From Micropepsaceae bacterium (GTDB lineage Bacteria > Pseudomonadota > Alphaproteobacteria > Micropepsales > Micropepsaceae), in contig DATARE010000591.1 of assembly GCA_036264295.1 (NCBI GenBank), forward strand, positions 1 through 44,861: a stretch of DNA of 44,861 bases. The letters are read 5' to 3'. The notes under the pieces were generated by a model. It was given only the letters and a program-made list of their open reading frames with translations, was not told the origin of the DNA and searched no databases. Position numbers and translations under genes: made by a program. Positions within the stretch are counted from its first letter, which is position 1; each line of letters begins with the position of its first letter. Below, in pieces: positions 8,238 through 19,600 of the stretch.

Positions 8238-9706
8238 CCGTTCTCTCGGCTGATCATGCTGACGCGCGCAAGGGCGAGACTCGGCACGGGCTTTCTGCGG
8301 TAATCGGCATCCCACATCGGCTGCGCTGCGCCTGCACGATAGAGCGCAGCCTGAAGCGCGAGCAGGCCGCCCAGCTGAACCCAGAGATTCAGCATGCTGA
8401 GATTGGGATTGGAGAAGACATGAATCACGAGAAGGCCCGCTACCCCCCATTGGAAGGGCGACAAAACCCGGGATAGCGCTCCCGCATGGTAGCGCACGCG
8501 TGCAGCCACCGGACGGATGCGGAACAGCGTGATCAGAAAGCTGCAGAACAGGATCGAACCGGCAAGCCCCGTATTGGACAAAAGCGTCAAGGAAAGACTG
8601 TTCGCCTTGTGGCTGCCGAGTCCGACGCCAATGCCATAAGTTTCGACAAAGATCTTGATCGCCAACATGTCGGCGAAAGCGCGCTGCTGGAAGGACGTAC
8701 TCTCCGCCTTGTTGAAGACGACATTGTCCAGCATGAGGGAAATGGCCGGCCAATTTTCGCCCACATAGATGCTGCCCACGAGAGTTCCGGCCCCGATAAG
8801 AGCAACTGCCCCGAGCTGCGCAGCCGACAGTCTTCGCGGCAGGATGTGGACCTTGCCCCGCATGATGTCGAATACAGCGACACAGCCAAAAATGAACAGG
8901 CCGACAAACGCCGTGGTGGACGTGGAAACCAGCATGCAGAAGATGCTTGCCGCGATCATCAGGCCGGAAAGCGCGGTCGGACTAGCGCGATAGCGCAGCC
9001 ACGCGAACAACAGATAGCCGGTGAAACTGTAGCCCAGGGTCGAGGGCTCATCGAATGGCCCATTGATGCGGAACAGGCCGATCATGGTCTGGCTGTCGGC
9101 ACGGTTGTTGCCGGCATTGGAATAAAAGAAATCGGACGGAAACGGCAGACCGGCATACAGCGAGACGAATTGCCAGACACAGACGCCAGCCGCGAAGAGA
9201 AGACCACAGACGATCGCCCGGTCCCATTCCTTGGCAAGCGCCTCGAAACCCCGGCGGGCACCCTGATGCGCCAGGCTATAGATCAGGACGAGATTGATCA
9301 GCAGATAAGCGATCTGAGTGTAATTGTTGCGCGCCAGATGAAAAGGTTGCACCGCGCCGGTTTTGAATCCCGCGGTCCCGGGAAGCGTATCCACGCCCTG
9401 GAAAAAGGCCAGCGCCAGGAACAGCACGAGAAATGTCGCGGCGACGAAATAGAAAAGCGGCCGCATCGTCGCCAAAACAAAACCGTTCAGTGTGTAGCCA
9501 TTCACCATGACGGAAAGAAACGTCCGCGCAATCACCAGCAACGCGAGGAAATAGCCGGGTTCCAGGCCGAAACTGCCGGCGTTCACGACTGCGGCCGGCG
9601 ACATCATGGCGAAAACCAGCATCCCGATGAGGCAAAACCGCCACGGAAGAAAGATGAGGATCAGCCCCAGGGGGATCAAAATGACGCCGGTAATCGGCAC
9701 ACTCAT
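8228..9706 (-). CDS. Polytopic Wzy_C / O-antigen-ligase-like membrane protein (polysaccharide polymerase, ligase or O-oligosaccharyltransferase family)
   Basis: 492 aa with ~10-12 predicted TM segments. The C-terminal motif GIGVGLGSHKANSLSLTLLSNTGLAGS resembles the Wzy_C signature (G.G.G...aHNs.l..l.e.G..G). Its 3' end overlaps the exoP-like gene tail-to-tail (8228..8237). Confidence 0.6.
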   Translation of the reverse strand: MSVPITGVILIPLGLILIFLPWRFCLIGMLVFAMMSPAAVVNAGSFGLEPGYFLALLVIARTFLSVMVNGYTLNGFVLATMRPLFYFVAATFLVLFLALAFFQGVDTLPGTAGFKTGAVQPFHLARNNYTQIAYLLINLVLIYSLAHQGARRGFEALAKEWDRAIVCGLLFAAGVCVWQFVSLYAGLPFPSDFFYSNAGNNRADSQTMIGLFRINGPFDEPSTLGYSFTGYLLFAWLRYRASPTALSGLMIAASIFCMLVSTSTTAFVGLFIFGCVAVFDIMRGKVHILPRRLSAAQLGAVALIGAGTLVGSIYVGENWPAISLMLDNVVFNKAESTSFQQRAFADMLAIKIFVETYGIGVGLGSHKANSLSLTLLSNTGLAGSILFCSFLITLFRIRPVAARVRYHAGALSRVLSPFQWGVAGLLVIHVFSNPNLSMLNLWVQLGGLLALQAALYRAGAAQPMWDADYRRKPVPSLALARVSMISRENGQT

Positions 9707-9719
9707 CGGCGGTCTCCGG

Positions 9720-10601
9720 TCACCAGAGAAGCGGGTCCGCAGTCATCGCATTCAGCCGTTCATTATGAGGACGGTAGAAATTCCGAAGCATCACGCGAGC
9801 ATCGGAATCGCTGCCGTCATAGCGGCCCACATTCTGCGGCTCCCAATCGATTCCGTCTTCGGGCGCCAACCCCAGAAACGCAAAGACGCGCTTCATCACA
9901 CCGGCGGGATCGGCGAACATGGTCTCGCTTTGGAGCACAAGCAGGTTCTGCGGTGAGAATTCCTTTTGCCAGCGCGCCACCGCCTCGTGATAGATGCCGC
10001 GCCTGACATAGATCGGCCGCGGCGTCGGCCCGGCGGGTTCGGGGCCGCTGCCGGCTTCAAACGCGAGTTCCGCCTCGCAGCGCTCCCGATCCATCTTCAT
10101 CGCCTCATCGAGAGTCCGCGTCTCGCGTCCCATGCGGCGCGCATGCCAATAGGCTGAGATTGCGCGGTCGACCGGATTGCGCAACAGCACGATGAATTTG
10201 CGGGTTTCGATATCGCTGGAGATGCGCTTGGGCACGTCGGCATCGAAAATATAGGTGGCCGTCGCCTCGAAGGTGTAATGGGGCCGCCCATGGCGGTCAT
10301 TCCGCCGCTCGATACTGGATCGCGCGGGAAAATTGCAGCCATACCAATCGAGCCCGCGATGATAGTGGCGGTCGAAATAATAGAGTTCCTTGAAGATCGG
10401 CCGCACAATCTGTGGATGCTGTTTCAGATAGGCGAACATGGAGCTGGTGCCGGATTTCTGCGCCCCGATCAGGATGAATCCCGGCATGGCCCGCGGCACG
10501 CGAGCGATGCGCCGGGCTTGGAACTGAGCACGGCGGCCGTGGACCGAAATGAAATCCCTCAAGGCGGACATGTGTTTTCCAGTTGCAAAGGATTGCCTCA
10601 T
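9720..10601 (-). CDS. PAPS-dependent sulfotransferase
   Basis: ORF 9720..10634 (-). 5'-PSB loop in FILIGAQKSGTSSMFAYL and 3'-PB motif in LLRNPVDRAISAYWH. ATG 10601..10599 overlaps the TpsA TGA 10600..10598 (ATGA). An alternative ATG lies at 10571. Confidence 0.85.
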   Translation of the reverse strand: MRQSFATGKHMSALRDFISVHGRRAQFQARRIARVPRAMPGFILIGAQKSGTSSMFAYLKQHPQIVRPIFKELYYFDRHYHRGLDWYGCNFPARSSIERRNDRHGRPHYTFEATATYIFDADVPKRISSDIETRKFIVLLRNPVDRAISAYWHARRMGRETRTLDEAMKMDRERCEAELAFEAGSGPEPAGPTPRPIYVRRGIYHEAVARWQKEFSPQNLLVLQSETMFADPAGVMKRVFAFLGLAPEDGIDWEPQNVGRYDGSDSDARVMLRNFYRPHNERLNAMTADPLLW

Positions 10602-13600
10602 TGGCCGCAGCGCACGCCCGCTTCGGGATCGCAATTGCCGAAGCCAAGCACTTCGACCGTAATCAGAGACGGCGCCGCCATCGGTGCTGCCGGTGCGTTG
10701 CGGTTCGATGCCGCCGCGACCGCGTCCGCCGCGGCTTGCGCCGCCTGCCCGCCGACCGAGCTGGTGCTTTCCAGTCCCGCGATGTCGACGGCCGCCGTTG
10801 GCACACCCGTCACCGTACCCACGGCTGCGATATTCGCAGCATTCAGAATGTGCAACGCGGCAATGCTAAGGTCACCGGATGAACGCAACCCCGCATCGCC
10901 GGCGTTCACCGTGCCGCGCGGCGCGATCAGGAAGGTGGACGCCGAAGGCGCATCCGGGGTCGATTGAATCGTGCCGATACCGGCGCCGGAAACCAGCCCG
11001 TTCAGATTGATGGTTTGCAGATCCTGCGGGTTGAACTGCACGGCCAGGGGTTTGAAATCCACTGTGGTCTTGGCGCCGCGCCCCGCATCGAGATCGCCGT
11101 TCGACGACCACAAAAGAACATCGCCACCCTGCACCGTCAGGATTCGGCTCTGATTGACCAGCACGCTGCCATCGGTGAACGCGCTGATCGCACCATTGTC
11201 GAGGCTAAGAATACCGACGGAACTGTTGGTGAGCTTCGTGTCGACTTCCACGGCTGTGGTGCCAACATCGATGCCGCCACCGGGCCCGATCAGCGAAACG
11301 GCGCCGCCGACAGTGACCTCGCTCGCCGTCCCCTCTGCGTTCTGGATGATTCCGGTCGCGCTCTGCAGAGTTTTGATCGTGCCATGAATCAGATCAAGAT
11401 TGCCCGTGGCCACCCGTTGCGCGGGCCCGGCGCCATTTGCGCCATTGTTCGTGTAACCCAGTGTCGAGGAAAACAGCGTATCGATCACCGCGTATCCAAT
11501 CTGATATTGCGCGGAACAACATCCGGCCGTATCGCCGGGCACGCGCAATTCGCTGAAGAACACACGATCGACAAAGGCGTGCTGAATGCCCTGCGAAAGC
11601 GTTTGGAAGGTCGCCCACGCTTGCGTGGTCGATTCGCGCGGGAAGCCGAGCGTCTGGAGGAAATCCACCAACGCCGGCAGATAGCTGCGCGCCGAACTCG
11701 CGGTATCCGGATTAATATAGGTGTCGATGACAGCCTGGTAGTTGGCTCCGTTCCCAACTCCGAAATCCGCGATAATATCCGCACCTTGCCGCGGCAACAG
11801 GAAATCGTTGGGGTCCCTTGCGAATTGCTCGCTGCCTGGGCCCAGGCTGGGGTTCTGGGCATCCAGCATCAGCCGGTTGCCGACCACCACATTGTTGCCG
11901 AAGGTGATGATACCGGTGCCCGTCGCGTTCGGGTTGTTGCTGATCGAATCCAGAATGTCGCCAGCGGGCGTGATGAAGGGACCGAGATTGCGGCCTGCCT
12001 CGATGTCGAAGAATCCCGGCCCCGCCAGGCTGAGCCCGCCGGCATTTCCGCCACTGCGGCCATAAAGCCCGGCGGCGAAAGCCGATTTCTGCCACGCGCC
12101 GGTGTAGAAAAGATCCCGCCCAGCGATGATTTGCGTCACGTCCGTCGCCGCAAGGTTCTGGCCGAAAAACGGCACGTCGATGATATCGCGGGCCGAGCGC
12201 ATAATGGCGGGCGTGTTGATTTCGAAGGCCAGCGGCGCCGCTTTGGCATCGATGGGCGATGCACCGGCGACGCCCGCTCCCGACACAATGTCCCCCGTCG
12301 CGGCATAGATCAGATCGGGCACCGGATCGTCCTGATGCAGCAGGATCGCGCCCAAATCCGGCACTGTGGCACCCTGAGGGAAAAATCCCGCGAGAGGCTG
12401 CACCGGGTCGAAGGTCTGTTCGACCAGCGAAGGGCCCGTGCTGATGGCTTCGGATGGGAACGACGTGCCGCCGCCCGCATGCGCATAAACCCGTACCGAG
12501 TCACCGGCGAGCAGGGTCAGCGTGCCCCGATCGGACGGCGCCAGCCTCAACGAATCGGCAACGCGCACATCCCCCAGCAATGCAATTGCCTCGAAATTCG
12601 CCGGATAGGCGCTCACGCCCAAATAGCCTTGCGGCACGCCGCCATTGTTTTCGAGGAAGACGATATTGTCGACGAGCGCATCGGCGTTGTAGAGCGAATT
12701 GGTTACGACCGTACCGGAGACGGACTCGAGAGTGACTTTGCTCGACGGGCCATAGCTTGAAACGAAAACGCCCGCCGACGGATCGAAGCTCGTATCGCCA
12801 ACGTTCTGCAGCGAGGTGCCGCTCACAACGCCTGCGATGTTGAGGGAACCGCGCGCGACTACCGCAATCGTACCCGTATCGACCGCGAGCACGGTCGAAA
12901 CATCGTTCGTGCTGCCGATGGTGGGGCCGGAAAGATCGGACGTGGCCCAATTTGCCTTGACCGAATTTCCGACCAGAATTTTTCCCGTCCCGCTGCCTTC
13001 GTAATAGGCGCCACTCAACAGATCGTGCCCGGCGATCACCGTCAAATCGCCACTTGCCTGCGCATGGAGCACGGGCAGCGTGATGGTGCCGTCCTCGCCA
13101 ATCAGGCCGCCGCTCACCCTGCCGATAGTGGGCAAGGATACGGACAATTGGCTGATGTCACGGCCGGCTTTGATCGTGGCGTTGCCACCCACGCTCATGA
13201 GGCCTTGATCGAAGCTGCCGAAATTGATCCACCACGCAGTCTGCGACGGAGTGAAGATATTTCCGCCCGTCGACACGTAAGCGGAAAGCGGCGAAAAGGC
13301 GCCGAATTCCGTGTCCGTCAGCGGCGTGCTCTGAACGAGCAGCCACGGCATGAAATATTGCTGATTGGGCACACGCCCGCTGCCGGCGTTTATTGCCGAC
13401 GCGACGGTGGGATGCTCATAGCCAAGAATATCCTGTTGCACCGTGACCGTCAGATCGCCTCCGTCCACCGGAAATGCGGCTGCGGTGAGCACGCCATACG
13501 GATTGCACAGATAGGTCGAGCCCGGATCGCAGGTCAGCACAAGCGGTGCAAGGAAACCATCGGGGTTGGTTGCAACGGGGATTTTTATCGTGTTTCCGGG

Positions 13601-16600
13601 GTTGATCGGATCGGGAATCGTCTCAACCTTGAAACCGGGATCTGCCAATGGCGCGCTGTTGCGGCCGGCCGAATAGATCACTCCCGGAGCAATCGTATCG
13701 GCGAGGATGAGGTCGCGCGCCGCTGCCACATTGATCGACCCGGTTCCGGTGCGGACCATGGTCGGAATTTCGATATGCGTTCCGACAAGGTCGCTATTGA
13801 TATTCGCCAGCGTAAGGTCGGTGTGTCCGTTCAAGACAACGTTTCCATGCCCGGCCAATGCTGTGCCATTGCCGTCTGCGAATATCGCAAGCGGACGCAA
13901 GCCGACCGGGTTTGCGCTGGTCAGATCCGCCCCGGCCGCAATGTTGTACGACCATGATTCAATCGGCGTGTTCCCGGCCAAAAGCGGAAAAAGATCGGCC
14001 CCGGCGATGGGCGCGGGATCAAAGCCGCTGCGGACCGGGCTTATCAGATTGGCAGCCGCATCATAGGGCGCCACCGGTGGCGGTCCGAACGGGCTGTGCA
14101 GATAGTTCGCTCCGGCAATGACGTAACCGCCGACATTGCTGACTGTTGGATCGGGGAAACCAGTGCCACCCGCCCAGTCGTTCATGGCCTTCAGATAGGG
14201 CGAATTCAGCCGGTCGGCGGTCTGGAAAAATCCGTCCGTGATCGAGGCGTTGATGTTGATGTCGCGTGAGGCACGCAAGGTCAACGTGCCGGGCTCGCCC
14301 GTGGGCGTGCCCCCGACACGATAGGCAAGGCTGGTGATTTGGCTGATGCCGGCGATGAAATCGAGCGCACCCGTATAGGCCGCGTAGGCGGGAAGCAGAT
14401 TTCCGTTCTGATCGGTCACGACCGTTCCAGCGGGCGCAATCACCTGACCCTTCTTGATGAAGTCCGTGGCATTCACCAGGAATCCAGCCTTGCCGGCGCC
14501 CAAATTCCAGTTACTGGCAACGGTGATATCGCCATTGTTGATGCTGAAATTGTCGTTATCCAGCTCAATGCCCGGCTGATAATGAACGATGCCAGGGCTG
14601 ATCGACGAGAAATTCCCCTGATTGGCGAGGGAAAAGCTCTGGACGAAATTTACCAGCTTCGTCTGATAGAATTGGGTATGCGCCGCATTGGTGGCGCCGT
14701 TCGGCAGAGCCTTCCCATTCGCATCGAACGCGCCGGCGGGATCGATGATGCCGTCAAAAATGCCATTGGTGCCCGCCGGGGTGAAGGTGCGGTACGCCTC
14801 GACAGTAACGTCTCGCGCGCCGGTTATGGAACCGGCAATGGGATCGATCGCGACAATGCTGTTGGCGGAATTGTAGATGTCGCTTCCGCCGATGATGGGT
14901 GCGCGCAACCTCACCGTGCCGCCAAGTCCGCCACCGCCGGAAACATTGATGACGGCGCCGGACTGGATTTGCAGTCCGGCGTGGCCGTCCGCGCCAACCG
15001 TGCCGGTCGTGCCAATGGTGAAGCTGCCGCCAGCAAGATTTGAATTCGGATCCTGATAGTCGAACGCCGTGGCGTTCAGCTGCCCGCCATTCGCCAAGAC
15101 GACGGACCGGCCATACAAAGATATGGAGCCGCCCTTGTCGCCCGCCACCAGACCGGACGCATTGATGATCCTGTCGATGGTGAGTGTGCCATTGTCGGCA
15201 ACAAGCTGCACGTTCCGCGCCGTGAGATCGGATGCGAGCGTCAGATCGCCTTGCCGGATATGGACATCGACCGTGTCGCTGAAAATGGAAGGCGTGAAGA
15301 GCGCGCGTGTGCCGATGCTCTGCGCATCGATGGTGAGGCTGCCGCCGCTGTCGGAAATGTTTGTCCCGGCAATGATCGCCATATCGAACGCAGCGCCATT
15401 GTTGGATGAGAGCACGCCATTCGGTGTGGCCAGCGTGATGTGCCCGGCATTGCCCAACGCCGTTTCGGGGGAGGAGACATCGATTCTGGCAGCAGAATTG
15501 ACGTCTATCCCTCCGGCATCGGCGAGCAACTGCACTGTTCCGCCCCCGGCAAATCGGGTTTGATCGAAGAACGTTTCAACGAAGCCTGCCGCCAGGATTT
15601 TGGCATCGGCCGTCAAGCGGATGTCACCGGTGGTGGCTTCCAAAATCACGCCGCCCGCTATGGCTTGGATCAAGGCCGAGTCGGAAATCGATCCGGCGGT
15701 CAACGAAAAATTGCCACCGATTTCCGCGGTTGCAGTCGGGGTTTGGACGCCGGCTGTGTTTTCGAAAACAACCGCTCCCGTCGTCGTGATGTTTTCTTGC
15801 GACGTGCTGCCGACCACGAAGAGCGGCGTGTCGAATGTGAGATCGGCCGTACCGGCGGCAATCGAGCCCTCGCCGCGCGTTACGATCTGGCCGGTGCCGT
15901 CGAACGTTGCAGACGCAAAACCGCCCAGAGCCTTGTCGCCACCGCCGAGCACCAGGGTCTTGGCGTTGAGCGTCAGATTGCCGCCCGCGGCTGCGAGATT
16001 TTTGGCCGGCGCCGCCCCGGAATTGATCAGATCGATTTCGCCCACTGCAATGGTGACGATGTTCCCATTGGGCGCCGAGAGCGCACTGCCGTCGAGAATG
16101 AGATCGCTGCCCGGCTTGGCGAGATTGATATTCGTGTCCGCGTAGAAACCAATCGCGCCCGTGCTGCGCAATGTCAAAGTCTGAGCCTGTTCCAATTGGC
16201 CCAGCACCGCGTTGGAAATTTCAAATCCGCTGCTCCCAGGCGCGGATCCAAAATTGATGAACTGACTTGCAACAGAAATGTTCGTGGCGCCCAGGTTTGC
16301 GGTGTCGGCGATCTGGATTCGGCCGGTTGTATCCAGAACCAGCGACGCGCCGCCTTGAACCGACGCGCCCGCCAGCATGTTGATGAGGCCGGTATTTTCT
16401 TGCGTATTCTCGCGCTTGACCAAGAACGGCTTGCTGGCGGAAAGCGCAAGCAGCGCACCCGAGCCGTCGACATTGTGAACCGCATCGCCGAGGGTGAGGC
16501 TCGACGTGTTCCGAATGGCCATGGTGTCCGCGGTGGCAATCGCGCTGTTGGCATCCAGCCGCAGACCGCGGCCGGTATTGGGATCGCCATTCTGCGGATG

Positions 16601-19600
16601 AGTCCGCGTGACCAGGATAAGTTCCGGTGCCTGAAGCACCGAATTCGCGTCATTGCTGATTTCGACACTGTCCGAAATCGCTTGAACCGTGGAATCGGCG
16701 CTATCGCTGAGCCGCACACCGCCGAGCAAGAGGCTGCCAGCACCGAAACCGGTGAGCTGAGTCGCGTCCACGCCGGTATAGCCGTTGCGCGCGGTCTTGC
16801 CGGGCGACAAGATCTGAAGGTCTTGCGCCGCGATGTCGAGCTCGGCGCCCCGGCCTTTAACATCCGGCGAGAGCAGCAGATTGCCGTCCAGATGCAATCC
16901 GCTGAGCGCATCCACCGCAAGATGCCCCGCATCGATTGGAAGCAGCGGGGGCACCGCAGAAGCCTGCGCTTGCGCGGCGAAATAGCTGTTGCCGGAGGTC
17001 TGATCGATTTCGCTGTATTGCCGCCACACCGTGCCCGACTGAACGTCGAATGCCACCGTGCGGGCGTTGCGTGTGCCGTTGAGCTGGTTTTCCAAATAGC
17101 CGGCGACCTGGAGCGTGCCGTCGGGCAACACATTGTTCTGGCTCGCGCGCGCATCCTGGGTGTTGGGCACGATTTTGACCAGATACGCCCCCGGCAAAGT
17201 CGCGTAATGGGCCGGAAGAAGCGTGTAATCGCCTTCCGGCAAACCAGCGCCAGCAGACAAATGCACGCTCGCACCGGCGACGGGGACCTGATCGCCGTGG
17301 ATAAAAAGAAAATCGAAATCGAGCGGCACGGCCGCCGGATCGTAGCCCGGTATGATCGCGAACACGCCGGGCTGGGACAGCACATCCGTGGTGCCGCCGG
17401 TGCCCGGCACGAATTCTATCGCCTGAATATCGCCGCCGCCGCGCAGATCCACGGTGGCGCCACCTGCAATCGTGATCGCCTTCCCGCTGATGGCAATATC
17501 CTTGGTGGGCGCCGCCGACAGGGGCAGCCCCGTCGATGAATTGTAGGTCCAATCCTGACCATTGGCCGTCTCGCCATAAGGAATGGCGACGCTGCGGCCG
17601 TTCAACGATACGGAGGTAACACCACCCGCCCCGAGGATCGTCGATTGCGTTACGACGAAGCTATCTCTGGTCGGATCGTTCGGGCTGAGATCGATATCGG
17701 ATTGCGCGCCCAAACGGATGATACCCAATGGCGCCAGCACCGTCCCTGTTTGCACGATGTTGGCCGCTGAAACCGTCAATTGACCGCCGGCCGACAGCGG
17801 CAAATCGGGAGCGGCGCCGTTGGACAGGAAGGCGATCGTCGCATTCGCGCCCGTCGATTTGAGCGTAAAGTCGACACCCGAAGCCGGATAGATTTGCGCA
17901 GCCTGGAGGGTCAGATCGCCTGCCGTTATCAACTCGCCGATGGGCGTGCCGAGCGTGGTCGCAATGTTCAAGGCGGCGGCATTGGCGAGCGGCTCGCTGA
18001 GCCGGATGTCGCCCGTGCTGACGAAATAGCTCGCCGCAACGCCGGACAGCGCGATCAATCCTTGATTGCCGTTGTTGCCGGCGTCGATGTCGATCGCTTT
18101 CGCGTTGACTTCCAGCAGCCCTTTGCCGGGCGCAGGCATGACCGTGCCGGCCCCGAGCAGCGCGATATAATTGGCACTGAGGCAGACATTGATGCTGAAT
18201 TGACAGCCCGTTTGCGCCGCAGACGTACCCGGATTGACCAGGCTGATGACAGATGCATCGATGCTCAGGCTCTTGAGACCGGCGATATCGACATTGCCAT
18301 TGAACACAACATTTCCGGGCACGAACACGCCGCCCGATATGTCCTCGCCCTTTGTCGGTCCTGCCGCCAGCGTCAGATTGGCGATTCCTGATCCGGCGAG
18401 CCGGTCCGCTTGGAAGAAGGCGTGACCAATCAGGGAGGTGGGGAGCACATCCATCGCCCGCAGCCCGGCCGGGGCGACATTGCCGCCCTGAACAACGGTC
18501 AGCGTTTTGTTCAGAGGCAGTCGAACCGTCAGACTGCCGCCAGCACCGGAACTGGCACCCGGATTGGCGGCGAAACTGCCGTCATAAAGAATGGTTGGCG
18601 CCGAGAAATCGATAGAACCTGCATCGCTCCATACCGGCGTGGGTAAGAATTGCGGTCCCGTGATGCTCGGCGGCAGCGGCATGTCAAAGACATCTGACGC
18701 GCCGGACACATTGATTTGGGCACCGGAGAGACCCACAAACGCCGAGGCGCCATTGTCGATAAGGCTCACCTCCACAGTGCCGCCGGGAAGCACTTTGCCG
18801 GTTCGAACGGGTGCTTGGCGCTGATCGACCAGAGCTGTGCCCTGGACATTCAAAACGCTGTCGCCGCCGAGATAGATTTCGGCGTTCGCGCCTCCGTTCA
18901 GCGCAATGCTGCCGCCGGGCGCAGTGACCGAACCCAGAATCTCGGCAACACCGGTTTGGGCCGCTATCTGGCCGACATTGGTGTTGACCGCCTGACTCGG
19001 CGCGCGCCCCGCCACCGTGAGGCTGATGGCAGCACCAGGATCGGCGATGATCGCAGCACCCTGCTCGACGAGGAGCGTGACTTTCGGCGGCAAGGCCGGA
19101 CCGTTGAGAACAAAGGGATAGGCCACGCCGGGCAGCGTGGCGGTCAATTCCAAATTGACCGGCGCCCGCAGAAAATCCAGCTGGAAGCCGAGCGTTGCGA
19201 CATCGGCCAATTTCGTGCCGCTCGGCAGCGACAGCAATGCCGGGTCGGCAAGGAAATTCTGCTGCTTCAGCGTGACGGTCGTGTTCTGCGCAATCGTGAT
19301 GCCGCCGGCCACCGAGCGAAGATCGTAGGTGCCGAAGGCATTTCCGTCGAAAAAGCTGGCCGGCAAATAAAGCGCGCCCGATGCGGGATCCGGCGCGCCG
19401 CCAATCTGAAGCGTGGGAACCTGGATGGTCAGAACCCCACCCTGATCGAAACCATAGGCGCTGATCGTGCTATTGAAAGCAGCTGCGATTCCGGATGCGT
19501 TGCCATCGGACCCCGTGAAAACCACAGTCGCGGAAGGCGCCGCAATTGTCGGCGGCGATGTGGCTTGCGATTCCACGTGCCAGCCGCCGACATAGGTCTC

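Noticed and set aside
10598-11150. The idea that the giant exoprotein is a CdiA contact-dependent inhibition toxin with a downstream immunity gene.
   Set aside because: I found no VENN or other pre-toxin motif by eye. The C-terminus looks like the conserved end of the FHA-family (GDLDAGRGAKT ... VEVLGFG). The downstream gene is a 290-aa sulfotransferase, not a small immunity protein.
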